Of a stretch of 64,000 bases of DNA, positions 47,836 to 56,442 are shown piece after piece. Location of the stretch: positions 90,341 to 154,340 of the forward strand of contig PWHJ01000088.1 in assembly GCA_003554865.1 (NCBI GenBank), given 5' to 3'. A program made the position numbers and the translations under genes. The stretch comes from Bacteroidota bacterium (GTDB lineage Bacteria > Bacteroidota > Bacteroidia > Bacteroidales > PUMT01). Numbering within the stretch: the first letter of the stretch is position 1; each line of letters begins with the position of its first letter. The notes below the pieces were generated by a model, which saw only the letters and a program-made list of their open reading frames with translations, was not told the DNA's origin and made no database searches.

Positions 47836-49989
47836 ATGAGATTAAAAATATTTGTTTATGTTCTTTTGACCGGGCTGATGCTGCCCTATCAGGGTGAAGC
47901 CGGCGAGGGCATGTGGTCACCGGTACAGCTTCATAAGGTTATTGAACAGATGCACTCGATGGGACTTGAGATTGATAAGGAGGATATTTACAGTGCAGGG
48001 GAAGAAAGTATAAACAATGCGGTAGTTCGCATAGGCGGATGCACGGGAGTAGTGGTCTCGGGTCAGGGCCTGGTGCTTACAAATCATCATTGTGCATACC
48101 GTTTCATACAGTCTATAAGTACAACCTCCATGGATTACCTTTCCAGCGGATTTTGGGCGGAAACAAAAGAGGAGGAGATCCCCGGTACCGGGTTAACGGC
48201 TACGTTCCTTGTAAGAATGGAGAATGTTACAGATCGGGTTCTAAAACATGTTGATGATCATATGGAAGAGGATGAGCGCCGCGATACCATAAGGAGGGTT
48301 TCGGCTGAAATAGAGCGTGAGGCGACAGAGGGTACCCGTTATGAAGCCAGTGTTGACTCATATTATTATGGCAATGAGTTTTACCTTTCCGTTTATGATA
48401 AATATGATGATGTCCGCCTTGTAGGTGCTCCGCCCTCCTCTGTCGGAAGGTTCGGCCGTGATGAGGATAACTGGATGTGGCCGAGGCATACCGGGGATTT
48501 TACATTTTTCAGGATATATGCAGACGGGAATAATGAGCCTGCCGCTTATGACTCTTCCAATGTACCCTACGAACCATTTGTACATATTCCGCTTTCAAAA
48601 AATCATGCAGAGGTGGGAGATTTTACGATGGTTTACGGTTACCCTGGCTCTACAGAATTTTACATTACCTCAGATGGTATCAGGATAACCAGGCAAATAA
48701 GCAATCCCCATAAAATCGGTTTGCGTGGTGCCAGACTTGATGCAATGGAGACGGAAATGAAAAAATGTGAAAAGGTGGCAATTCAATATGCAGCAAAGTT
48801 TTCGGATATAAGCAATGCCTGGAAGCGATGGCAGGGGGAAAATGCCGGTATTGACAGGTTTAATGTAATTGAAAGGAAAAAGGAGATTGAAGGGAAGTTT
48901 AATGAGTGGGCCGTTGAAAAGCCGGAAAGAGAGGAAATTTACAGTGGTTTGATGGATGAGTTTAAAGAGTTGTACTCTCAAATTGAGCACTATACCCTTC
49001 CCTATGAGTATATGAGGGAAGGTATCTTTGCCGTTGAGGTACTGTCATTTGCAGCACATTTTGCAGACATGGTCGAGTTGTACGAATCCGGCAAAGGAGG
49101 GTCGCTTATTAAGTACTTTGCTGAGGGTATGATAGGGGTAGCTGAAGATTTTTTTGAAGATTATCATATGCCTGTTGACAGAAAGGTGTTCACTGAAATG
49201 GTAGGGATGTACATGGATAATGTTGACCGGGAGTTTCATCCCGGGTTTTTTGAATATATAGAAAAAGATTTTGACGGAGATATCGATCAATATGCTGAAT
49301 ATCTTTTTGAAAATTCAATTTTTGTAAACGAAGATAAGCTTCTCGATATGCTAGAGGAGTTTACTGATTCTTCGGCAGCCCGTATTTCAGAGGACCCTTT
49401 TATGGGCATTGTGCTTGAAAGTGCCGATATATACGGGAGCGTCTTTATCAGTTACAGGGAGCTTAACAGGAAGACCGACCGGTTATATCGTCTCTATATG
49501 GAGGGTTTAAGAAAAATGCATGATGATGTGAATTTTCCCCCGGATGCCAACAGGACCCTCAGAATTTCATACGGAAAGGTTAAGGGTTACAATCCCAGAG
49601 ATGCAGTTTATTATGATTACTATACAACACTTTCGGGTGTAATGGAAAAATACAGAAGAGGCAATGATCATTACCATGTACCCTCTAAACTTAAAGAGCT
49701 TTATGAAGGGGAGGAATACGGTTCCTATAGTTTTGACGGAGAGATGAGGGTCTGTTTTATTGCATCGAATCATACAACAGGCGGCAGCTCGGGCAGTCCG
49801 GTTTTCAATGCCCGCGGTCATCTTGTAGGACTAAATTTTGACAGGGTATGGGAGGGGACAATGAGTGATATTATGTTTGATCCGGCTATGTCGCGCAACA
49901 TTTCCGTTGATGTAAACTACATTATGTTTATTACCGATATTTTTGCAGGTGCCGGCCACCTGCTTGATGAGATGACTATTGTTGATTGA
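47836..49989 (+). CDS. S46-family dipeptidyl-peptidase (DPP7/DPP11 type)
   Basis: The ATG at 47836 gives the signal peptide MRLKIFVYVLLTGLMLPYQGEAGEGMW. It has the catalytic His (GLVLTNHHCA), Asp region and Ser (TTGGSSGSPVFNARGHLVGLNFD). 717 aa. Confidence 0.88.
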   Translation: MRLKIFVYVLLTGLMLPYQGEAGEGMWSPVQLHKVIEQMHSMGLEIDKEDIYSAGEESINNAVVRIGGCTGVVVSGQGLVLTNHHCAYRFIQSISTTSMDYLSSGFWAETKEEEIPGTGLTATFLVRMENVTDRVLKHVDDHMEEDERRDTIRRVSAEIEREATEGTRYEASVDSYYYGNEFYLSVYDKYDDVRLVGAPPSSVGRFGRDEDNWMWPRHTGDFTFFRIYADGNNEPAAYDSSNVPYEPFVHIPLSKNHAEVGDFTMVYGYPGSTEFYITSDGIRITRQISNPHKIGLRGARLDAMETEMKKCEKVAIQYAAKFSDISNAWKRWQGENAGIDRFNVIERKKEIEGKFNEWAVEKPEREEIYSGLMDEFKELYSQIEHYTLPYEYMREGIFAVEVLSFAAHFADMVELYESGKGGSLIKYFAEGMIGVAEDFFEDYHMPVDRKVFTEMVGMYMDNVDREFHPGFFEYIEKDFDGDIDQYAEYLFENSIFVNEDKLLDMLEEFTDSSAARISEDPFMGIVLESADIYGSVFISYRELNRKTDRLYRLYMEGLRKMHDDVNFPPDANRTLRISYGKVKGYNPRDAVYYDYYTTLSGVMEKYRRGNDHYHVPSKLKELYEGEEYGSYSFDGEMRVCFIASNHTTGGSSGSPVFNARGHLVGLNFDRVWEGTMSDIMFDPAMSRNISVDVNYIMFITDIFAGAGHLLDEMTIVD

Positions 49990-50019
49990 AGACCGGCTAA
50001 ATAGTGACTCCGCCTTTCT

Positions 50020-51147
50020 TCACTTGCTTTTACCTTTTTTTTCAATATAGTCTGAATAATTATTTTTTGTATTTATGTTGTAATACCAGCCGGTGTTTTC
50101 AAAAGGGATAGTCTTTACACGGGCGTAATCAAAAAGTTCGGTTATACGCCGCCCTTTATTGTCGAGTATTTTCTGGATTAACCCCGCAACATTTTTTTTA
50201 TAGATGGCAAACAAAGGTTCGTATTTTTGATTTTTAACCGGCATAACCACGTCGGCATCCTCCGAGTGTCTTATCATTTTTTTTATAAAAGGGATGTTCA
50301 TCTCCGGGATATCACAAGCGGTAATAAAATTCACATCACTTGACGAAGCTGAAAGTGATGACATTATCCCCATCAGGGGTCCCATTCCCCTTTTTTTGTC
50401 CTCTGCAATCCGGCAGTTTAGGAATCGGTATTTTTTCCCGTTTGAGGCCCCGAGAATGATCTCGTCAAAAAAACCTTCAAGCTGACTTATAATGACCTCC
50501 ACAAGAGGTTTTTCCCCTATTGTCATAAGAGGTTTTTCCCGGCCCATTCTGCTGCTTTTACCGCCGGCAAGAACAATGGCCGAGGCTTTTTCCCTAATGA
50601 TCCATGAATTGTTCTTTATATGAACCCTTCCGGGATCAAAATCCCGGCCAGAATTGTCAAATTCGGTTATCTTGTCGGCATACTCTATAACATCAGCACA
50701 GCTTTTTTTAACACTTCTCTCCCCGGCATTTTTAATTATTATGAAGAGTCCGGGTTCCATAACCTTTCTGAGTGAATTGGACTCACAGGCCACCATTGAG
50801 TCTTCCGGTATCAGCTTCAGTACCTCGTGCAGGCCCTTTTCAAGGGCGTCAGATCTGACCTTTAGAAAAAAGACCTTGTCTGCCCCTGCTGCGAGCATTC
50901 TGGATGTATCTTTGCTCAGACCGGGGTCGGTTTCCCTTGTGATTTCAAAATCACCTTCCAGGTGTGAGCATATGTTGCAATCATCCCTGCCGCGCTGACA
51001 CCTTTCTCCGGGTTTAACTGCGGCCACCTTGACACCGGTTATCGGTCGCCTGCCGCGTTGTTTTTCAATTACCCTGCAGACAAATTCAGTTTTTCCGGTA
51101 TTTGGTCCGGTGGCTCCAACCATTAAAAAATCGCTCCGCTTGATCAA
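50020..51147 (-). CDS. mobA: MobB-like P-loop domain fused to molybdenum cofactor guanylyltransferase MobA
   Basis: 375 aa. Residues 187-375 are MobA-like (IVLAGGKSSRMG, PLMGI, ACDIP). Residues 1-186 resemble MobB (VGATGPNTGKT; RG.RP..G.K; KDTSRMLAAGA) with an inserted C-x6-C-x2-C cluster (CQRGRDDCNIC). The start is a TTG at 51147. The alternative ATG at 51123 would truncate the first beta-strand. Confidence 0.7.
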   Translation of the reverse strand: MIKRSDFLMVGATGPNTGKTEFVCRVIEKQRGRRPITGVKVAAVKPGERCQRGRDDCNICSHLEGDFEITRETDPGLSKDTSRMLAAGADKVFFLKVRSDALEKGLHEVLKLIPEDSMVACESNSLRKVMEPGLFIIIKNAGERSVKKSCADVIEYADKITEFDNSGRDFDPGRVHIKNNSWIIREKASAIVLAGGKSSRMGREKPLMTIGEKPLVEVIISQLEGFFDEIILGASNGKKYRFLNCRIAEDKKRGMGPLMGIMSSLSASSSDVNFITACDIPEMNIPFIKKMIRHSEDADVVMPVKNQKYEPLFAIYKKNVAGLIQKILDNKGRRITELFDYARVKTIPFENTGWYYNINTKNNYSDYIEKKGKSK

Positions 51148-51277
51148 CTCTTTTTTATTTGATTATATAAATGACATGGTTAGAATGCCCAAAAATATAA
51201 CAAAATGTATAATTTTATGTTTTTATAAAGAATCATTTTTAATAACATATTGATACACTAAATTATGCTTATATAAA

Positions 51278-51721
51278 ATGCAAGATCTTGACAATATCTT
51301 ATCGTCTTTCGAGGGTAAAAGTGGTGAGCTTATTCCTGTTTTACAGAAAATTCAAAATGAGCTTGGTTACCTTTCTGAAGAGGCTATGCTTCGGGCAGCA
51401 GAATTTTTAAATATTCCTGAAAGCAAAGTTTTTGGTGTGGCTTCTTTTTATTCACAATTCAGGTTCACTCCAACAGGCAGAAACAAGATTACCGTTTGTG
51501 AGGGAACGGCTTGCCATGTTAAGGGGGCAAAAGGAATAAAGGAGGAGATATCCCGTATCAAAGGTATAGAAGATGGTGAAACAAGTTCCTGTATGGAGTA
51601 TACACTCGAAGGTGTTGCGTGTATAGGTTGTTGTGCATTAGCCCCTTGCATAACCATTAATGATGATGTACATGGAAGACTCGATAAAAAAAAGGTATCG
51701 GATATATTAAAAGAAATATAA
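51278..51721 (+). CDS. NuoE/HydC-like [2Fe-2S] thioredoxin-fold subunit of the formate dehydrogenase complex
   Basis: 147 aa with LIPVLQKIQNELGYL and the Cys pattern C-x4-C...C-x3-C (VCEGTACH...CIGCCALAPC). Confidence 0.85.
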   Translation: MQDLDNILSSFEGKSGELIPVLQKIQNELGYLSEEAMLRAAEFLNIPESKVFGVASFYSQFRFTPTGRNKITVCEGTACHVKGAKGIKEEISRIKGIEDGETSSCMEYTLEGVACIGCCALAPCITINDDVHGRLDKKKVSDILKEI

Positions 51722-51733
51722 AATTACAAATAG

Positions 51734-53539
51734 ATGAACAACAGCAAAAGAACGGAGAAGGTTCTCGTGTGTTGCGGTACCGGTTGTGTGTCGGCCGGCT
51801 CTGAGAAGATTCTGGATTCTTTCAAAAAGAAGTTATCGGACAGCGATTTTGATGTCAAACCAACCGGCTGCCACGGATATTGTCAGCAGGGACCTCTTGT
51901 GGTAACCGAGCCGGATGGTGTGCTTTATGCGAGAGCCGGTGAGGAGGATGTTCAGGAAATTGTAAATTCACACATTGAAAACGGCAAAACCGTAGACCGT
52001 CTCTTATATAAAGATCCTGTTACAAAAGACCCGATTCCCAGATACAGTGAAATACCATTTTACAAAAAACAGAACCGCATTATCCTGCGAAATTGCGGTT
52101 ATATAAATCCCGAGGATATAAGCGAATATGAAAAAAAGGGAGGCTATCTTGCTGTAAGAAAGGTGCTTGAGGAGATGTCTCCCGAAGAAGTTATCGGGTC
52201 AATAAAAAAATCATCACTGAGGGGTCTCGGTGGTGCGGGGTTTCCTACCGGGCTGAAATGGGAGTTCTGCTATAATGCTAAAAGTGACCAAAAGTTCATT
52301 ATTTGCAACGGAGATGAAGGTGACCCGGGTTCTTTCCAGGACAGATCAGTATTGGAAGGAGACCCTCATTCTCTCCTTGAAGGAATGATGATCGGGGGAA
52401 TTTCAACAGGTGCAGTAAAAGGGTATATATATGTCAGGGCCGAATATCCTCTGGCTGTCAAAAGACTTAATATTGCAGTAAAACAGGCCCGGGAAAAAGG
52501 ATATCTTGGCAGGAACATATTTAACAGCAGCAGGGATTTTGATATAGAGGTATTTCTTGGTGCAGGGGCTTTTGTCTGCGGGGAAGAAACGGCACTTATA
52601 CGTTCAATAGAAGGACAGAGAGGCACACCAAGGCACAGGCCTCCTTACCCTGCACAATCTGGCCTATGGGGGAGTCCCACACTTATAAACAATGTAAAGA
52701 CTTATGCTTCGGTGCCCAATATTATAAATAACGGAACCGAATGGTTTACCAGGATGGGAACTGAAAAGAGCAAGGGCACCGCTGTTTTTTCTCTCACAGG
52801 TGAGGTTGCAAATTGCGGACTTATTGAGGTTCCTATGGGTATAACCCTGAGGGAAATTATTTTTGGCATTGGTGGTGGCACAACAGACGGAAGCAAGTTC
52901 AAGGCGGCTCAGATAGGTGGCCCTTCGGGAGGTTGCCTGCCGGCTGATATGCTTGATATGCCCATAGATTTCGACTCGCTTAAAGATGCAGGAGCAATGA
53001 TGGGGTCGGGCGGACTGGTAGTTATGAACGAAAATACCTGCATGGTTGATATAGCCAGGTATTTTCTTGAATTTACCCAGAAAGAGTCCTGCGGAGACTG
53101 TTCACCCTGCCGGCTTGGCACAAGGCAAATGCTTGACATTCTCAATGATATAGTTGAAGGAAAGGCAAAACCTGAGGATATAGAATTGCTTTCGGAGCTG
53201 GCAGATGGTGTTAAATCTGCTTCGCTTTGCGGGCTCGGACAAACTGCCCCCAACCCGGTGCTTACTACTCTGAGATACTTCCGCAATGAGTATGAAGAAC
53301 ATATTAATGATAAACTTTGCAGGGCCAGGAAATGTAAGGCATTGATATCTTATAAAATAAATCCGGAGAAATGCACCGGCTGCAGGCTTTGTTTTAAAAA
53401 TTGCCCGGAAAACGCGATTGAAGGGGAAGCAAAGAAAACTCACTCCATTATCCAGTCAAAATGCACCAGGTGCGGAATATGCATTGAGAAATGCCCGCCA
53501 AAGATCAGTGCAGTTGAGTGTTATGCCGGAGTGGAGTAA
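51734..53539 (+). CDS. NuoF/HydB-like NAD(P)H-binding FMN/Fe-S subunit with extra N-terminal [2Fe-2S] and C-terminal 2x[4Fe-4S] domains
   Basis: 601 aa. The N-terminus is VCCGTGCVSAG...GCHGYCQQGP. Core motifs are GLGGAGFPTGLKWEF, NGDEGDPGSF, FVCGEETALI and ESCGDCSPCRLG. The C-terminus has CTGCRLCFKNCP and CTRCGICIEKCP. Confidence 0.88.
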   Translation: MNNSKRTEKVLVCCGTGCVSAGSEKILDSFKKKLSDSDFDVKPTGCHGYCQQGPLVVTEPDGVLYARAGEEDVQEIVNSHIENGKTVDRLLYKDPVTKDPIPRYSEIPFYKKQNRIILRNCGYINPEDISEYEKKGGYLAVRKVLEEMSPEEVIGSIKKSSLRGLGGAGFPTGLKWEFCYNAKSDQKFIICNGDEGDPGSFQDRSVLEGDPHSLLEGMMIGGISTGAVKGYIYVRAEYPLAVKRLNIAVKQAREKGYLGRNIFNSSRDFDIEVFLGAGAFVCGEETALIRSIEGQRGTPRHRPPYPAQSGLWGSPTLINNVKTYASVPNIINNGTEWFTRMGTEKSKGTAVFSLTGEVANCGLIEVPMGITLREIIFGIGGGTTDGSKFKAAQIGGPSGGCLPADMLDMPIDFDSLKDAGAMMGSGGLVVMNENTCMVDIARYFLEFTQKESCGDCSPCRLGTRQMLDILNDIVEGKAKPEDIELLSELADGVKSASLCGLGQTAPNPVLTTLRYFRNEYEEHINDKLCRARKCKALISYKINPEKCTGCRLCFKNCPENAIEGEAKKTHSIIQSKCTRCGICIEKCPPKISAVECYAGVE

Positions 53540-53587
53540 ACCGGATTTTTTTCAGCAAATAATTATAACGAGTTAACTATTTTACCG

Positions 53588-56263
53588 ATGCATAAAGTAA
53601 GTCTGACGATTGACGGAGTAAACATTAAAGCTGATGCTTCCATGACAGTTTTGGAAGCGGCTCTTGAAAACAATATTTATATCCCAAACCTTTGTTATCA
53701 CAAGGATCTAAACCCTGCGGGGACTTGCAGGATGTGCCTGGTTGAGGTAAATGACCCGAATAATCAGGTAATTGCATGCCAGACAACAGTGGAGGAGGGT
53801 ATGTCGGTTATAACCGACAGTCCCCGCTTAAAATCAGTCAGACAGATTACACTGGAGCTGCTGCATGTTAACCATACTCAGGATTGCACTCATTGCGGGA
53901 AAAATTCAAACTGCCAGCTTCAGGAAGTAACCTCATATGTTGGTGTAAATGAGGCACGTGTGGAGCAATTAAGAAAAAGCTCACCAAATATTGAAAAGGA
54001 CACCTCAAACCCTTTTTTCATATTTGACCATAACAAGTGTATTTTGTGCGGGATATGTGTAAGGACATGCAACGAGATACAGGGGGTTGACGCGCTTCAA
54101 TTTGGCTACAGAGGTGTCAATACCGTTGTTTCAACATTTATGGACAAACCCGTGATTGAGTCCGTTTGCGAATCATGCGGTGAATGTGTGGTTAGGTGCC
54201 CTGTCGGGGCTTTGCTCCCTGTGGATGAAATGAAAACATCAAGGGAGGTTTCCACAATTTGCCCCTATTGCGGAGTGGGATGCGGAATCAGGTTGGGAAT
54301 AAGGGGTGAGAGAGTAGTAAATGTGAAGGGTGACGAGGGTAACCCGGTTAACAGGGGCAGGCTTTGTGTCAAGGGACGTTTCGGCTATAACTGGATACAT
54401 CATAAAGAGAGACTAAAAGAGCCTCTTGTGAAAAAAGAGGGCAAATTTGTGAAGGCAACATGGGATGAGGCACTGGATCTTGTGGCTGAAAAGTTTTCCC
54501 GGTACAGGGGAAGCGAATTTGCCGCTTTTTCTTCAGCCAAATGCACCAATGAAGAGAATTACCTTATCCAGAAGTTTGCCCGGGCAGTTATGGGAACAAA
54601 CAATGTAGACCATTGTGCACGTTTGTGTCATTCACCGTCGGTTGCAGCACTTGCCCAAAGCCTTGGAAGTGGTGCAATGACCAATTCTATTGAAGAGATT
54701 GCAGATGCGGGATGCATTTTTGCAATAGGCACAAATACCACTGAAAGTCATCCTGTAATAGGGCTTAAGGTTAAGGAGGCCAGGCGTAAAGGCGCCAAAG
54801 TGATAGTTGCCAATCCCCGCAGGATAGATTTGTGCAAAAAAGCCGATATATGGCTTCAATACCGGGGCGGGACAGATGTTGCCCTGTTGATGGGGATGTG
54901 CAGGGTTATAGTTGAGGAAAACCTGACTGACACCTCTTTTATCGCCCGGCGTTGTGAAAATTATGAGGCTTTTAAGGAGTCTCTTCAGGAGTTTACACCC
55001 GCTTATGTGGAGGAGATAACCGGAGTTGACCCCGCACTTCTAAGGGAGGCTGCGCGGATATATGCCGGGGCTTCATCCTCTTCCGTGTTGTATGCAATGG
55101 GGATAACCCAGCATTCTCACGGGACCGACAATGTACTTGCAATAAGTAATCTTGCTTTGCTGACGGGAAATTTAGGAAAGCCCTCTTCCGGCATAAATCC
55201 CCTCAGGGGACAAAACAATGTTCAGGGGGCTTGCGATATGGGCGCTCTTCCCAATGTCTATCCCGGCTATCAGAAAGTTTCCGACCCTGATGTGAAAGAG
55301 AAGTTTGAAAATGCATGGAAGGCTACCCTGGATGAATCACCCGGGCTTACCCTGACTGAAATAGTAAATGCAGCCCATAAAGGAGATGTAAAAGCGCTTT
55401 ATCTTGTGGGGGAAAATTCGCTTCTCAGTGAGCCCGACGGCAATCATGTACTGGAAGCATTGAAAAAGCTCGATTTTTTTGTTGCACAGGATATTTTCAT
55501 GAGCGAAACCGCTTCACTGGCTGACGTTGTATTGCCGGCCGCCAGTTTTGCCGAAAAGAACGGGACCTTTACCAATACCGAGCGGCGTGTCCAGCTTGTT
55601 AGAAAGGCTGTTAATCCTGCGGGCGATGCCAAACCCGACTGGTGGATTACATCTCAGATAGCAAAAAAAATGAACCACCGGGGGTTTGATTTTAAAAACG
55701 CCTCCGAAATATTCGTTGAGCTTGCGGCTCTTACTCCATCGTACAAGGGGATAACACATGAGAGGATCTCTCAAAAGGGGATCTCCTGGCCGGTTAAGAG
55801 CAGAGTACACAAAGGCACACCGGTTTTGCATAAAGACTCTTTTTCCACCGCAAGCGGGAAGGGCAAGTTTTTCCCTTTGAAGTATATCCCCCCGGCAGAG
55901 ATGCCCGATGAGCAATACCCTTTTATACTTACCACCGGCAGGAGCCTGTATCATTATCACACAGGAACAATGACAAGAAGGGTTGACGGACTCAATATTC
56001 TGAAAGAGAGGGAGACTGTTGAGATCAATCCCGGGGATGCCTCATTGCTTGGACTTGGGGAAGACGACCGGGTAAGAGTAACCTCGAGGCGCGGTGAAAT
56101 TGAAGCTGCTGTAAAGATAACACCCAACTCACCTGCGGGAATGGTTTCAATGAGTTTTCATTTTTCCGAGAGCCCTGCAAACCTTCTTACCAACCCGGCT
56201 CTTGATCCGGTTGCAAAAATTCCGGAGCTTAAAGTCTGTGCCGTAAGAGTTGAAAAAATCTGA
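53588..56263 (+). CDS. fdhA: Formate dehydrogenase catalytic (alpha) subunit, Mo/W-bisMGD, cysteine type, with NuoG-like N-terminal Fe-S domains
   Basis: 891 aa. It has an N-terminal 2Fe-2S region (CYHKDLNPAGTCRMCLVEV), His-Cys3 and 2x[4Fe-4S] motifs (CILCGICVRTC, CESCGECVVRCP), the MopB cluster CPYCGVGCG, and the active-site region VDHCARLCHSPSV with Cys at the Sec/Cys position (TGT, 54626-54628). Confidence 0.9.
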   Translation: MHKVSLTIDGVNIKADASMTVLEAALENNIYIPNLCYHKDLNPAGTCRMCLVEVNDPNNQVIACQTTVEEGMSVITDSPRLKSVRQITLELLHVNHTQDCTHCGKNSNCQLQEVTSYVGVNEARVEQLRKSSPNIEKDTSNPFFIFDHNKCILCGICVRTCNEIQGVDALQFGYRGVNTVVSTFMDKPVIESVCESCGECVVRCPVGALLPVDEMKTSREVSTICPYCGVGCGIRLGIRGERVVNVKGDEGNPVNRGRLCVKGRFGYNWIHHKERLKEPLVKKEGKFVKATWDEALDLVAEKFSRYRGSEFAAFSSAKCTNEENYLIQKFARAVMGTNNVDHCARLCHSPSVAALAQSLGSGAMTNSIEEIADAGCIFAIGTNTTESHPVIGLKVKEARRKGAKVIVANPRRIDLCKKADIWLQYRGGTDVALLMGMCRVIVEENLTDTSFIARRCENYEAFKESLQEFTPAYVEEITGVDPALLREAARIYAGASSSSVLYAMGITQHSHGTDNVLAISNLALLTGNLGKPSSGINPLRGQNNVQGACDMGALPNVYPGYQKVSDPDVKEKFENAWKATLDESPGLTLTEIVNAAHKGDVKALYLVGENSLLSEPDGNHVLEALKKLDFFVAQDIFMSETASLADVVLPAASFAEKNGTFTNTERRVQLVRKAVNPAGDAKPDWWITSQIAKKMNHRGFDFKNASEIFVELAALTPSYKGITHERISQKGISWPVKSRVHKGTPVLHKDSFSTASGKGKFFPLKYIPPAEMPDEQYPFILTTGRSLYHYHTGTMTRRVDGLNILKERETVEINPGDASLLGLGEDDRVRVTSRRGEIEAAVKITPNSPAGMVSMSFHFSESPANLLTNPALDPVAKIPELKVCAVRVEKI

Positions 56264-56315
56264 CAAAGGCCGGCAAGAGAAGCTTTGTTTTGCAAATTGT
56301 GCCATAATGAGCCTT

Positions 56316-56331
56316 TAAATTTGTAATTTTG
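56316..56331 (+). promoter_or_regulatory. Two abutting candidate -7 boxes (TAAATTTG, TAATTTTG) upstream of hypF
   Basis: Both match TAnnTTTG. They lie about 112-120 nt upstream of the hypF ATG. Confidence 0.3.
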
Positions 56332-56442
56332 CCGTTTTATTTACCCTTTTAAGAGAAGGTATATTTTTCAGGCGATTTCGGTGGTCTGCTCTTTTATGGC
56401 ATTCTCTCAAGTGTTTTGAAAGAGCGTTAATATTGAAAAGTA

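Noticed and set aside
53588-56263. Selenocysteine recoding in the formate dehydrogenase gene
   Set aside because: The ORF is continuous with TGT (Cys) at the catalytic position and has no in-frame TGA.
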